Under the pieces are notes generated by a model. It worked only from the letters and a program-made list of their open reading frames with translations. It did no database searches and had not been told where the DNA came from. DNA of 64,000 nt, taken from contig OZ219867.1 of NCBI GenBank assembly GCA_964291495.2, positions 32,001-96,000 of the forward strand. Direction: 5' to 3'. Positions 42,877 through 53,144 of the stretch are shown piece after piece. The translations under genes were made by a program, and so were the position numbers. Position 1 is the stretch's first letter, and each line of letters begins with the position of its first letter. This stretch comes from Dehalococcoidia bacterium. Its GTDB lineage: Bacteria; Chloroflexota; Dehalococcoidia; UBA2979.

Positions 42877-43648
42877 CGCTGGTGTTCCCCTCGGTGGCCG
42901 AGGCCGCATCGCGGCCCCGGCGCTGCTGCCGGATTCGTACGCCGGCGGTCACGGCGAGCACGACCGCGAGGCCGTACCAGGTCAGAGCGTACTCGATGTG
43001 CGGCGTGGTGTTGCGATAGCCCTCGTAGCCGGTGACCGGCAGCTCGTCCGGCACGCGCCGCGGCTGCTGCTCGACTCGCTCGCCGGCGATCACGTACAGC
43101 GGCGCCACGGGGTAGGGCAGCGCCGCCGCGATCGCCTCGAGGCTGAAGCGGGTCCAGGCGCCATCCTCGTTGCGCCGCGAGTCGGTGCTGCTGGCGGGCA
43201 GCGCGAGGCCCTCCCGCGGCGCGTCCACCTCGAGGCCCGCGAGTAACCGATGGCGCTCCGCCTCGAGGCCCGCGAGCACGCGATCGCGCTCCGCCGCGGG
43301 GTACCAGCCGCGATGCACGAGCAGAGCGGGTGTGATCCCCGGGCTCGTGAGCAGCGGCACATACATGTCCTCGCCGCGCAAGCCGAAGCGAGTCCGGTTG
43401 GCGACGATCTGCACGCGCTCGTAGTCCCACACGCCCACGAGGGCAACGCGCCGGTACTCGATGGCTTCGCCGCCGGGCATGGCCGCCTCGACGGAGTGGA
43501 GTGGGGGCGCGGCGATCGCCGCGTCGCGGTCCTCGATCAGCCCCTGCTTCCACTCGTTCCTCGCGAGCTGCCAGGTGCCGAGCCCAACCAGCACGACGAG
43601 CGCCGCGAGGACGAGCGCGAGCACGGCGGGGTTCTGGAAGCGGCGCAT
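42860..43648 (-). CDS. SURF1 family cytochrome oxidase assembly protein
   Basis: [25 protein letters not shown]. Confidence 0.9.
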   Translation of the reverse strand: MRRFQNPAVLALVLAALVVLVGLGTWQLARNEWKQGLIEDRDAAIAAPPLHSVEAAMPGGEAIEYRRVALVGVWDYERVQIVANRTRFGLRGEDMYVPLLTSPGITPALLVHRGWYPAAERDRVLAGLEAERHRLLAGLEVDAPREGLALPASSTDSRRNEDGAWTRFSLEAIAAALPYPVAPLYVIAGERVEQQPRRVPDELPVTGYEGYRNTTPHIEYALTWYGLAVVLAVTAGVRIRQQRRGRDAASATEGNTSDAPPA

Positions 43649-43747
43649 GGATCGACTCTACCGCGAGCAGCCGTCACCAGCCCGCCGCCCCGCGGCCATG
43701 GCGTTCTGTATCCTCGGAGCCCCACCGACGCCACACGAGGAGTCCCG

Positions 43748-44296
43748 ATGCCCCGACTACCGAACCTGACCTCGCGCAAAGACGTGCCGACCGAACTGGC
43801 GGAGACCTACGACCGCGTCGCGGAGCTGCGCGGCGGCCAGGTCTCAGGCCCGTACGGCATCCTGATCCACTCGCCGGAGCTGGCCCTGCGCGCGGCGCAG
43901 CTGAGCCGCTACGTCCGCTGGGAGTCCGACCTCACGCCCGGCCAGCGCGAGACCGCGATCATCACCGCCGCGCGCGAGCTCGACGCCGGGCTGATGTGGA
44001 ACGCGCACGCGCGCCTCGCCCGCGAGGGCGGCGTCAGCGAGGCCGCGATCGAGGCGATCGGCCATCGCACCGCCCTCGACGCGCTCGAGGACGGGGAGGC
44101 GGCGATCGTGCGCTACGTGCGCGAGCTGTTCGCCAACAACCGCGTGAGCGACGAGTCGTTCGGGGCGCTGCGCGCGCTCCTCGGCGATCAGGGCATCGTC
44201 GACCTGACCGGCCTGGTCGGCTACTACGTCCTCGTCGGCTTCACGCTCAACGCCTTCGAGGTCCCGCCGCCCGCCGGCGCGGAGCCGCTGCCGTAG
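43748..44296 (+). CDS. Carboxymuconolactone decarboxylase / AhpD-like protein
   Basis: [36 protein letters not shown]; GAGGAG RBS. Confidence 0.85.
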   Translation: MPRLPNLTSRKDVPTELAETYDRVAELRGGQVSGPYGILIHSPELALRAAQLSRYVRWESDLTPGQRETAIITAARELDAGLMWNAHARLAREGGVSEAAIEAIGHRTALDALEDGEAAIVRYVRELFANNRVSDESFGALRALLGDQGIVDLTGLVGYYVLVGFTLNAFEVPPPAGAEPLP

Positions 44297-44299
44297 GCG
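44248..44299 (+). repeat. Direct repeat copy 1 (3' end of CMD gene, 52 bp)
   Basis: 50/52 identical to 45165-45216. Confidence 0.9.
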
Positions 44300-44304
44300 G
44301 CGGG

Positions 44305-45126
44305 GTGGTCCGGCTTGCTCCAGGCCTGTTGGTGCTCGCGCTCGTCGTCGGGTGCGGTGTCGGCGGCTCCGCTCCGACGCCAACCTCGACACCCACGGCG
44401 GTTCTGACGCCGACCGCAACCCCGACGCCGCGCCCCACGGCGACTCCAACGCTGACGGCGACTCCAACGCTGACGGCGACTCCAACGCCGACGGCGGCTC
44501 CAACGCCACGCCCCACGGCGGCTCCAACGCCCACGGCGGCTCCAACGCCACGCCCCACGGCGGCTCCAACGCCCACGGCGACTCCAACGCCACGCCCCAC
44601 GGCGACTCCAACGCCACGCCCCACGGCGACCCCGACGCCCACGGCGACTCCAACGCCACGCCCCACGGCGATCCCGACGCCGACGGCGATGCCGACCCCT
44701 ACCGCTACTCCGACGCCGACGGCGATGCCGACCTCCACGGCTACTCCGACCACCGCCGGAGCCCTCAGCGTCGAGGAGTATGCGAAGACGTGCGGCGAAA
44801 CCCTCGCGGACGCGGAACAGCTGCTCTCCGAGGACCTGACCTGGGGCGAGGCGGCAGCCCTGCTCGGCAGTGCGCTCGACGACATGCGAAGCGTCGAGCC
44901 CCCTCCCGTGCTGCGCGACCATCACGACACGACCGTCGCCGCCATTGCGGGATTGAAGAGGCGCGTGGACCGCCTCGACCCGGAAGGTACGGTCAACGTC
45001 CTGCAGATTCTGCTACCGGCGCTCACCTTCATCAGACAGATCGAGGAAGCCGGGGACGCCCTCCCCCCGGACGTGCGCGCGACGCTCGATGTGGCCGGCT
45101 GTGCGCCGCCGGACCTCTTGGGGTAA
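44305..45126 (+). CDS. Lipoprotein with long tandem Pro/Thr repeat linker
   Basis: LVVGC lipobox, PTATPTPR-type tandem repeats at about 44375-44755, C-terminal helical domain with two Cys. Confidence 0.8.
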   Translation: MVRLAPGLLVLALVVGCGVGGSAPTPTSTPTAVLTPTATPTPRPTATPTLTATPTLTATPTPTAAPTPRPTAAPTPTAAPTPRPTAAPTPTATPTPRPTATPTPRPTATPTPTATPTPRPTAIPTPTAMPTPTATPTPTAMPTSTATPTTAGALSVEEYAKTCGETLADAEQLLSEDLTWGEAAALLGSALDDMRSVEPPPVLRDHHDTTVAAIAGLKRRVDRLDPEGTVNVLQILLPALTFIRQIEEAGDALPPDVRATLDVAGCAPPDLLG

Positions 45127-45164
45127 CCCGAACCGAGTGAGCGCCAGCCGGGAACCTCGCCGGC

Positions 45165-45216
45165 CAACGCCTTCGAGATCCCGCCGCCCGCCGGCGCCGA
45201 GCCGCTGCCGTAGGCG
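45165..45216 (+). repeat. Direct repeat copy 2 (duplicated CMD gene 3' end)
   Basis: CAACGCCTTCGAGATCCCGCCGCCCGCCGGCGCCGAGCCGCTGCCGTAGGCG. Confidence 0.9.
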
Positions 45217-45232
45217 CTCGCTGGAGGGCCAG

Positions 45233-46420
45233 CTACGGTGCTGGTTGGGGACGAACACCGATCGCTTCGAGGAAGTCACCCGCTCCCATGACCGGAATGC
45301 CGTAACGCCGGGCAGTGCGCGCCTTCCCGGACTGAGTCGCCGGGTCGGCAGCTACCAGCAGATCGCAGCCCTTCTTTGTGACCGATCCAATTGGCTGGAG
45401 TCCGGCTTGCGCCGCGCAATCTTCCAGGAAGTGCCTCGGTACCGAGGAGCCGCCGACAACGGCTTCGCCGGTGAAGCAGACGTGCATGCCGTCCCGAAGA
45501 GAGCTGGTCGAGGGCAGCTGAGTCACCTCCGGCATTGCCACGTCGCTGATTTCGAGGGCAGCCATCACCTGGCCAATCAGCTGCTGTTCCGCTTCGGTCA
45601 CGATGCCGTCGCGCTCGGCGGCGGCGATGATCGATGCGAGATAGGAACGGTGTGCCTCCTCGCGCCGTTCTTCGGAGATGCCCAGCCGTGAGGCGAAGTC
45701 CTTGATCGCCGCGTGCTCCTCGTCGTCGATGTAGTGGTCGTCGAGCACCCAGTCCAGCGCGTCGAGGTAGAGGAGCAGCGCCTCGTCGGAGTAGGGGTAG
45801 TGGGCGAGGGAGACGATGCGCGCCATCTCGCTCACTCCGGCGTCGGCAGTGTCTCGGCGCAGCGTTCGGGGGTTGGGCGCTTCGGGAAGGTAGCCGACCG
45901 TCACGGCGCTGCGGTCGGCCTGGCTCTCAGCTAGCACCTCACGGGCGAGAACAGCCGTTGCACGGGCATCGGCGAGCGCGCGGTGCTGATGATCGAGTGC
46001 CACCCGATACCTCTTGCATGCGGCGATGAGCTTCTCGCCGGTCGCGCGGTAGGTGCACATGCCCGTGCCCACGTTGAACGTCACGTCAAGGCGATCGAAC
46101 TCGTACTCCAGCATTCGTGCGTCGAAAGGCAGGTTGTGCGCGATGAGGACCGAGCCATGGAGCCGGCGGGACAGTGCAGCGGCGATCTCCGCGAACGTCG
46201 GCGCCGCCTCGACCATCGAGGCCGTGATGCCGTGCAGCCCGGTGGGTCCGACATCACGCTCCGGGTTGATGAGCGTGTCGTACTCGTCGACCCGTTCCCA
46301 GGTGCGAGGATCGAGCGTGACGGCGGCGACTTCGACGATGCGGTCGTGCCTGCCGAGGCCGGTCGTCTCGCAGTCGATGACTACGAGCGGTGCGGCTGAG
46401 GACAATCCCAGCAAGGTCAC
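45233..46420 (-). CDS. DEDDh 3'-5' exonuclease (DnaQ-like) + TerB-like helical domain + BRCT
   Basis: IDCETTG, AHNLPFD, HRALADA; AAERDGIVTEAE; VCFTGE...SVTKK..LVAADP..SGKARTAR.YGIPV. Confidence 0.85.
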   Translation of the reverse strand: MTLLGLSSAAPLVVIDCETTGLGRHDRIVEVAAVTLDPRTWERVDEYDTLINPERDVGPTGLHGITASMVEAAPTFAEIAAALSRRLHGSVLIAHNLPFDARMLEYEFDRLDVTFNVGTGMCTYRATGEKLIAACKRYRVALDHQHRALADARATAVLAREVLAESQADRSAVTVGYLPEAPNPRTLRRDTADAGVSEMARIVSLAHYPYSDEALLLYLDALDWVLDDHYIDDEEHAAIKDFASRLGISEERREEAHRSYLASIIAAAERDGIVTEAEQQLIGQVMAALEISDVAMPEVTQLPSTSSLRDGMHVCFTGEAVVGGSSVPRHFLEDCAAQAGLQPIGSVTKKGCDLLVAADPATQSGKARTARRYGIPVMGAGDFLEAIGVRPQPAP

Positions 46421-46432
46421 CGCCCGCAGCCC

Positions 46433-47800
46433 CTACCCCGCGCCCGCCTCGATCCGCGCGACGACCTCCGCCATGCGCTCGAGGTGCTGCTCGTCCACCT
46501 CGAGGATGGAGCCGCTTTCGAGGAAGACGTCGATCGGCTGGATCAGGGCGGCGCGCGACTCGGGCGGGGTGAGCATGATCGGCTCGCCGTCGATCACGCC
46601 GGCCTCGCGCAGCTCGGCGATCTTCGCGTCGTCGTAGCCGAGCAGCTCGCGCAGCACCTCGTCGGTGTGCTCGCCGATGTGCGGGGCCGGGCCGCGCGCG
46701 CCGTAGCCCTCGCCGTCGACGTGGGCCGGGAAGTAGCGCTGCACCGGCACGGTGGCGAAGCCACGCACGGGTTGCGCGTCCCAGAGGCCGCGGGCGAGCA
46801 GGTGCTCGTTCTGCATCAGCTCGCGCGCGTTGAGCACTGCGCCCGCGGGCACGCCTGCCGCCTGCAGCTCCTCCATCGCCGTGAACTTGTCTCGCGAGGC
46901 CGTCCATTCGCCGATCGCGGTGTCGATCTCGTCGTGCTGCTCATGGCGGCCGGCCATCGTCGCCAGGCGGTCGTCGTCCAGCCAGGCAGCGTTGCCGGTG
47001 GCGCTGGCGAGGGCGGCCCACTGCGCCTCGTCGCGGACGCTGATCGCGATCCAGTCGTCCTCGCCGGCGCAGGGGTAGATGCCCCGCACGAGGCCCTCGC
47101 GGCGGTTGCCGCTGCCCGGGTGCAGCCGGCCATTCATCCAGTAGTCGTGGAACTGCGGGCCGAGCAACTGCAGCAGCCCCTCCTGCATCGAGACATCGAT
47201 CTGCTGGCCGCGCCCGCTGCGCTCGCGGTGGTAGAGCGCGGTCAGGAGGCCGCCGAGGCCGTGGATGCCGGCGAAGGGGTCGACCCAGGTGTTGCCGCTC
47301 TTGAGCGGCGGCTCGCCCTCGTAGCCGCTGACCGAGGAGATGCCGGAGGCCGGCTCCATGCCCATGCCGAAGGCCGGGCTGTTGCGGCGCGGGCCGGTCT
47401 GGCCGTAGCCGCACAGGGACATCATGATCAGCCGCGGGTACTGGTCCTTGAGGTGGTTCCAGGAGAGTCCGAAGTTCTCCAGCACGCGCGGCGTGTAGCT
47501 CTCGATCAGCACGTCCGCGTCCTCCAGCAGCCCGCGCAGGATCGCGATGCCCTCGTCGCTTCCGAGGTCGAGCGCGAGCCCGCGCTTGGAGACGTTGCGC
47601 ACGGTGTAGTACGGCGCGCGCTCCCAGTAGTTGCCGGTCGTGTCGTTCTGCGCGATGTAGGCCGTGCGGATGCGGTCCGGCACCGTCGGGCGCTCGACCT
47701 TGATCACGTCGGCGCCGAGGTCGGCGAGCACGCGCGCGGCGACGGGGCCGGCCCAGACCTGCGAGAGGTCGATGACGCGGAGGCCGTCGAACGGCTTCAT
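46433..47800 (-). CDS. Class III CoA-transferase, Asp-containing subunit
   Basis: FDGLRVIDLSQVWAGP, YGQTGP, TWVDPFAG. Confidence 0.92.
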   Translation of the reverse strand: MKPFDGLRVIDLSQVWAGPVAARVLADLGADVIKVERPTVPDRIRTAYIAQNDTTGNYWERAPYYTVRNVSKRGLALDLGSDEGIAILRGLLEDADVLIESYTPRVLENFGLSWNHLKDQYPRLIMMSLCGYGQTGPRRNSPAFGMGMEPASGISSVSGYEGEPPLKSGNTWVDPFAGIHGLGGLLTALYHRERSGRGQQIDVSMQEGLLQLLGPQFHDYWMNGRLHPGSGNRREGLVRGIYPCAGEDDWIAISVRDEAQWAALASATGNAAWLDDDRLATMAGRHEQHDEIDTAIGEWTASRDKFTAMEELQAAGVPAGAVLNARELMQNEHLLARGLWDAQPVRGFATVPVQRYFPAHVDGEGYGARGPAPHIGEHTDEVLRELLGYDDAKIAELREAGVIDGEPIMLTPPESRAALIQPIDVFLESGSILEVDEQHLERMAEVVARIEAGAG

Positions 47801-48948
47801 GCGGCACCTCCGCTCCGGGTGGCGAGTTCGTCGTTCGCCTCGCCGAGGGCGGGCGGCGCGGCCGGCCGCAGCGGCGTCTCGGAGAGGCCGACGGGCGGGC
47901 CGACGGCCGGCTCGCCGCCGGGGCCTTCGAAGAAGCCGCGGGCGGCGAGGTGCTCGTCGGCGGCGAGGTCGGCGACGTCTGGCACGAAGGCGAAGGCGAG
48001 GCGCAGCTCCTGCGCCTTCTGCACGATGTCGGCCGCGTCGTGCTCCATCAGCCAGGGCTCCATCAGCGCGTCGAAGTCCTGCCAGCGCACCACGCGCTCC
48101 TTCGGCAGCTGCAGCAGCGGGTCGTCGATCATCTCGGGACGGTCGATCAGCAGCGCCAATGAGGTGGCGAAGTCCGGCGCGCCGGGCACGACGGAGACGA
48201 AGCCGTCGCGGCAGCGCATGATGTCGGACGGGTAGGCGCCGAGCACGCGCGAGTAGAAGCGCCGCCGCAGCAACCCCATCCCGTGGTAGACCGCCAGGTT
48301 GTGGTCGTCGGTGAGCGCGGCGGTCTCGTAGCTGGCGATGTCGGCGTGGTGGTGCTGCTCCCCGTGGGCGCGGGCGTTGAGCAGCGTAAGCGTCGTCACC
48401 CAGCCGTAGAGGCCGCCGAGGAACTCGGCGGTGTCGACGCCGAGGCTGACCGGCTCGCGGTCCGGGTAGCCGGTGACGTAGGAGAATCCGGCGAGCGCCT
48501 CGATGACGTGGCTGTCGCCCTCGAAACCGGCGTAGGGGCCGCTGCGCCCGAAGGGGCTGATCGAGACGTAGAGCGTGTCGGGGAAGCGCTCGCGCATCGC
48601 GTCGGCGTCGTCGAGCGGAAGCGGCGAGGGGGTCTTCCAGGAGGTGAGCAGCACGTCGGCGCTCGCGATCAGGTCGGCGGTGACGGTCGCGCCGCCCTCG
48701 CTGTTCACGTCGAGCGCGACGCTGCGCTTGCCGCCGTTCAGGAAGGCGTGCTGCCCGCCGCCGTCGACGTCCGGCTCGTCGCCGGGGAAGGGGCCGGCGA
48801 GGCGGATCGGGTCGCCCTCGGGAGGCTCGATACGGATCACCTCGGCGCCGCCCTGCGCGAGCAGCTTGCCCGCGTAGGCGACGGAGAGGCCCGCCGCGAT
48901 CTCGATGATGCGCACGCCTTCGAGCGCGCGCGGCGCGTCCGCTGCCAT
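47797..48948 (-). CDS. Class III CoA-transferase, partner subunit
   Basis: LEGVRIIE, NGGKRSVALD, FGRSGPY; Glu at the catalytic-Asp position (TAEFLGG). Confidence 0.9.
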   Translation of the reverse strand: MAADAPRALEGVRIIEIAAGLSVAYAGKLLAQGGAEVIRIEPPEGDPIRLAGPFPGDEPDVDGGGQHAFLNGGKRSVALDVNSEGGATVTADLIASADVLLTSWKTPSPLPLDDADAMRERFPDTLYVSISPFGRSGPYAGFEGDSHVIEALAGFSYVTGYPDREPVSLGVDTAEFLGGLYGWVTTLTLLNARAHGEQHHHADIASYETAALTDDHNLAVYHGMGLLRRRFYSRVLGAYPSDIMRCRDGFVSVVPGAPDFATSLALLIDRPEMIDDPLLQLPKERVVRWQDFDALMEPWLMEHDAADIVQKAQELRLAFAFVPDVADLAADEHLAARGFFEGPGGEPAVGPPVGLSETPLRPAAPPALGEANDELATRSGGAA

Positions 48949-49030
48949 CGACCGCTCCCTTCGCTGCTCGCCGCCGGGGGCGCAGCCTCGACGCTCGCCC
49001 GGCGGGCGTCAATGGCGGCGCGGCTCCGGG

Positions 49031-50209
49031 TTACTCCTTGCCGTGGAACTCCGGGATCAGCTCGCCGATCAGCCGGATGCTGCGCGTCACCTCCTCGTGG
49101 CGCAGCTTGCCGACCTGGTGGAAGGACATCAGGCGGTCGATCCCGACCTCCTCGTAACGCTTCATCTTCTCGAGGCAGGCCCGCTGGTCCCCGACGACGA
49201 GCGACTGCTGTTCGCTGAGTACCTCGAAGACCTCTTCGTCGGGCACGGCTTCGCCGTTCATGATCCGCGCGTGGATAAGTTGCGCCTTCGTGGACTCGGC
49301 GTCTTCATCCTCGAGGAAGCGGCCGGTGAGGTCGCTTCCGGCCTCGTCCCGTGCGGCCTCGATCTCCCGTGCGCGGCGCAGGAAGGACTCGCGGGCCTCG
49401 AAGAAGGTGAGCGCGGTGTTGGTGTACCAGGCGGCGGCGCCGGCGGCGGCGCTGCTCAGCTCGGCGTCGCCGTCCTCGACGCAGTGCACGAACGTGAAGA
49501 AGGCGATCTGGTTGTTGATGAACTCGCCGACCGGGCGCTCGCACTGGGCGATGCCGCGCTTGTAGGACTCGACGATCTCCTCGACCTGGTCGAGCGAGCG
49601 CCAGAGCGTGTTGGCGAGCGCCCCGACGCCGTTGCGTCCGGCCTGCTCGAACGAGATCGGGCCGGAGCAGGCCTGCCAGAGTGGCGGGTGGGGCTTCTGC
49701 AGCGGCTTGGGCGTGAGCGTGAAGTCGTGGATCTCGAAGTCCTCGCTGTCCCAGTCCACGGCGTCCTGCGTCCAGAGCTGCGGGATCAGCTCGAACGCCT
49801 GCTGCATCTGGTCGCGCGTCTCGTCGCCGTCGATGTTGAAGGCGCGCCACTCCTTGACCGTGGAGCGCGCCAGGCCGAGCTCGAGGCGGCCCTCGCTGAG
49901 GTGGTCGAGGAAGGAGGCGCGCTCGGCGACGCGGATCGGGTGGTTGAAGCGGTGCGGGGAGAGCACCGCGGCGTGGCCGACTCGCAGCTGCTCGGTGCCG
50001 CGGGCGATCGCGGTCAGCATCATCTCGGGCGCGGAGCTGTAGCTGAACTCGACGGCGCCGTGGTGCTCCACCTGCCACCAGCAGCCGTAGCCGAGTTCGT
50101 CGGCGAGCCGCGCCTGCTCCAGCGTCTCCTCGATCAGTGTGTGCTCGTAGGCGTCGTCGTCCCACAGATCGCGGGGACGCTGCATCTCGCTGAAGATGTC
50201 GATTTGCAT
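49031..50209 (-). CDS. LLM-class flavin-dependent oxidoreductase
   Basis: ADELGY..WQVEHH, SAPE, HPIRVAER..LDHLSEGR, PKPLQKPHPPLW. Confidence 0.92.
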   Translation of the reverse strand: MQIDIFSEMQRPRDLWDDDAYEHTLIEETLEQARLADELGYGCWWQVEHHGAVEFSYSSAPEMMLTAIARGTEQLRVGHAAVLSPHRFNHPIRVAERASFLDHLSEGRLELGLARSTVKEWRAFNIDGDETRDQMQQAFELIPQLWTQDAVDWDSEDFEIHDFTLTPKPLQKPHPPLWQACSGPISFEQAGRNGVGALANTLWRSLDQVEEIVESYKRGIAQCERPVGEFINNQIAFFTFVHCVEDGDAELSSAAAGAAAWYTNTALTFFEARESFLRRAREIEAARDEAGSDLTGRFLEDEDAESTKAQLIHARIMNGEAVPDEEVFEVLSEQQSLVVGDQRACLEKMKRYEEVGIDRLMSFHQVGKLRHEEVTRSIRLIGELIPEFHGKE

Positions 50210-50216
50210 GGCGCCG

Positions 50217-51479
50217 CTAGCTGCGCGGCAGGCCGAGGCCGCGTGTGGCGATCACGTTACGCTGGATCTCCGAGGTGCCACCGGCAATCGAGTCCGGGAT
50301 CATTCGCACGTAGCGGTCGGAGAACTCGCCCTCGATGGGCGCGCGCGAGTCGCCGGGCCAGATGTTGGTGTAGAGCCCCAGCGCCTTCGCGCCGGTGCGG
50401 GCCACGCGCTGGTGCAGCTCGGTGGAGAACACCTTGCCCATCGAGGCCTCGTAGTTGGGGATGAGGCCAGAGGACTGCATCCAGGCGAGGCGGTACGAGA
50501 GGTTGTGTCCGACCTCGGTCTCGATCATGCGATCCGCGATCTCGGCACGCACGGATGGCAACTCCGCGATACGCGTCCGCGTCCGGCCCTCGTCGCTGTG
50601 TGAGTAGTCGATCAGCTTGTGGATCGTGCGCCGGTCCTCGCCGGTTCCGGAGATCGAGGCGCGGTCGAAATCCATCAGCGTCATCGCGACGTACCAGCCG
50701 CGGTTCTCCTCGCCGATCAAGTTCGCCGCGGGTACGCGCACGTTGTCGAAGAAGGTCTCACCGAAGCGGCCGTGGTCGAAGCAGGCGTTGAGCAGCGGCT
50801 TCATCACGATGCCCGGCGCGGTCAGGCTGTCCACCATCAGGAACGAGATGCCTCGATGCTTCGGTGCGTCCGGGTCGGTCCGCACGAGGCAGTAGATCGC
50901 GTCCGAGGTCTGCGGCGTGGACCAGATCTTCTGCCCGTTGAGCACGTACTCGTCACCGTCGCGCTCCGCACGCAGGCTCAGCGAGGCGAGATCGGAGCCC
51001 GCGCCCGGCTCCGAGTAGCCTTGCGCCCACTCGATCTCGCCTCGGGCGATCGCGGGCATGTAGCGTGCGCGCTGCTCCTCGTTGCCGTGCACCATGAGCA
51101 CGGAGCCGAGGAACATCGCGCCGGTGCCGCCGGCGCGCGGCGCGCCGGCCTTCTCGCGCTCCTCGTGGAAGATGAACTGCTCGCGGGTGCTGAAGCCCGC
51201 GCCTCCGAGCTCCCTCGGCCAGGCCGGGGCGACGTAGCCCTCGGCGCTGAGTGCGGCGCCCCAGTCCTCGGCGGCCTGGTGGATTTCGGGATCCTCGGAG
51301 AGCCGGTCGCCTGTCCAGCTTGCGGAGTTGAGGATGATCTCCTCGCCGTTGACGGCGCGCACGTTGTGGAACTCCGCGTGCGGCGAGTTGCGATAGCGGT
51401 CGGGCAGCTTCTCCTCGAAGAAGCGGCGGACGTACGCCCTGAACTCCGCCTGCTCGGGCGTGTCGCTCCAGTCCATCAT
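50217..51479 (-). CDS. Acyl-CoA dehydrogenase
   Basis: WAQGYSEPGAGSDLASL, NGQKIW, IAGGTSEIQRNVIA. Confidence 0.93.
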   Translation of the reverse strand: MMDWSDTPEQAEFRAYVRRFFEEKLPDRYRNSPHAEFHNVRAVNGEEIILNSASWTGDRLSEDPEIHQAAEDWGAALSAEGYVAPAWPRELGGAGFSTREQFIFHEEREKAGAPRAGGTGAMFLGSVLMVHGNEEQRARYMPAIARGEIEWAQGYSEPGAGSDLASLSLRAERDGDEYVLNGQKIWSTPQTSDAIYCLVRTDPDAPKHRGISFLMVDSLTAPGIVMKPLLNACFDHGRFGETFFDNVRVPAANLIGEENRGWYVAMTLMDFDRASISGTGEDRRTIHKLIDYSHSDEGRTRTRIAELPSVRAEIADRMIETEVGHNLSYRLAWMQSSGLIPNYEASMGKVFSTELHQRVARTGAKALGLYTNIWPGDSRAPIEGEFSDRYVRMIPDSIAGGTSEIQRNVIATRGLGLPRS

Positions 51480-51630
51480 GTCCCTCTCGACATGCTCGTG
51501 CTGTCGCGCCAATCATAGCGACACCCCGCCCGCGAGGGCGCGAGAGTCGCCGGCGGCGCAAGCGGGCTGGACGCCGTGGTCAGAGGCGGCGCTAGACTGC
51601 CGGAGGAGGGCGAGTGCGGGAGGCGACCGG

Positions 51631-52074
51631 ATGACCGAGGACCAGGCAGCGGGGGAAGTCGCTCGCCTGCGGCTGGAACTGGAGCACCGTGACCAGTTGC
51701 TGGCCTCGGTCCACGCGCGCGCCGACACGCTGCGGGCCTCCGTCGAGCGGCTCGAGCGTCAGCTTGAGGCGGCGGCCGAGGAGCAGCGCGAGGCGGCGAC
51801 GGAGCGCGCCGAGCTGAGGCGGCTGCTCGGGAACTCGCAGCTCCAGGTCCAGCAGCTGTTGCAACTCCCGGCGCCGGAGGCGGACACGGGCGCTCCTGAC
51901 GGCGGCGCTGCTCAGCACCCGCGCACACCACCGCGGCCTCCTGTGACGGCTCCGCCCGCGGGCGGCCGTGCGCCGAGGCGGGCGAGTGCGCGCCCGAAAG
52001 CTCCCGCGCGCAGGCGACGCAGTCTCCTGGACGACGCGCGCGGGATCGTCACCGGCCTGCGCCGGATGATCTAG
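51631..52074 (+). CDS. Coiled-coil hypothetical protein
   Basis: GGGAGG RBS, heptad-rich N-terminal half, Pro/Arg-rich tail. Confidence 0.65.
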   Translation: MTEDQAAGEVARLRLELEHRDQLLASVHARADTLRASVERLERQLEAAAEEQREAATERAELRRLLGNSQLQVQQLLQLPAPEADTGAPDGGAAQHPRTPPRPPVTAPPAGGRAPRRASARPKAPARRRRSLLDDARGIVTGLRRMI

Positions 52075-52155
52075 ACCGACATCACAGTCGAGGGCGCACG
52101 ATCACACGCATCCGCGGGACGCCGCGGATGCGGGATTCCGGTCGGCAGTGGCCGA

Positions 52156-52515
52156 TCAGGCCGCTGCGGCGGCTTCGCCCAGGGAGCGCAGCAGGCGCTC
52201 GTCGATGTTTCCAGCCACCCTCAGGTGTGCGGCGCTCAATCGGCTCAGCGCAGCGGCCGCGGAGGCTGCAACTCCGTGCAGCCATGCGACCGCGCGCAGA
52301 CCCACCCGGAAGGGCCACCAGGCATCAACGCCCGTCCGGTCCGCCGCCCGCCGCCACTCGCCATCGAGGCCCTGTGCGAGGCCGTCGAGGGCGAGCGCGA
52401 GGGCGTGCCAGATTCCGCTCACAGTGAGCAAGACGAACACGAGCACCCGGCGGACAACCTCCAGGAATTCCCGGAGGTGGCCCGTCCAGGCGCTCGTCGG
52501 GAGCGCGTCAAGCAC
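52156..52515 (-). CDS. Small helical hypothetical protein
   Basis: Amphipathic helices; resembles 52593..52907. Confidence 0.55.
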   Translation of the reverse strand: MLDALPTSAWTGHLREFLEVVRRVLVFVLLTVSGIWHALALALDGLAQGLDGEWRRAADRTGVDAWWPFRVGLRAVAWLHGVAASAAAALSRLSAAHLRVAGNIDERLLRSLGEAAAAA

Positions 52516-52592
52516 TCTTGGGTACCCTGTTCGCGTCTCTCGCTAGTTCCTGGCGGCTCGCAAGGCGAGTTGCCGGCTCAGTCCGCTACGGC

Positions 52593-52907
52593 CTAGCCCT
52601 CGGCGAGCGTGCGGAAGAAGTCGTCCGCCGCGCCCGTCAGCTGCCGTACGAACACCGTCACGATCGAAACCAGGCGAAGACCGATCGCCGCGATACCCCA
52701 TAGCACGGCAGCGGGCAGACGAACCCACGTGCCGGCTGCGGTGTCGGTGCGAGCCAGGCCGTTCTCGCTGCGCTCGCCCAGGCTCGTCACCAGGTCATCG
52801 ACCTTGGTGGCAAGAATGCTGGCGGCCAGCGTGAAGATCCTCGCGAGGTTGATCCCGACTAGTGCGACATTCGTCGCAAGGTCACCTACGCGTTCTGCCC
52901 ACGTCAT
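52593..52907 (-). CDS. Small helical hypothetical protein
   Basis: GAGGGG RBS, amphipathic helical hairpin. Confidence 0.65.
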   Translation of the reverse strand: MTWAERVGDLATNVALVGINLARIFTLAASILATKVDDLVTSLGERSENGLARTDTAAGTWVRLPAAVLWGIAAIGLRLVSIVTVFVRQLTGAADDFFRTLAEG

Positions 52908-53144
52908 TCCAACAGTCCCCTCTCTCCCGGTGTATGTGCATCCTGGCGTAGCTGCACATACCGGCTTGGCGCGGACGCTAGAGATTTCGTATCCCGCCTG
53001 TCAAGGGCCTAACCGCTCAAGCACTCGCTCAATCAGCGGTTACGTTTAGTTGAGCGTGTAGTTACGTTCGTTTTGGACACATTGCGCTACTCTGCGTCTC
53101 ACGAAGTGCATGATCTGGCGCTTGTGATGGGGAGGATGATCGCA

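Noticed and set aside
44375-44755. Short tandem DNA repeats resembling a CRISPR or VNTR array
   Set aside because: In-frame 18-24 nt units encoding a Pro/Thr linker; no unique spacers and no cas genes.
46433-49012. 859-aa ORF suggesting a fused CoA-transferase
   Set aside because: The N-terminal half is out-of-frame overlap with 47797..48948; the real gene starts at ATG 47800.
52908-53135. AT-rich spacer as oriC, dif or parS
   Set aside because: No DnaA boxes or dif/parS consensus seen; kept only as a regulatory-region observation.
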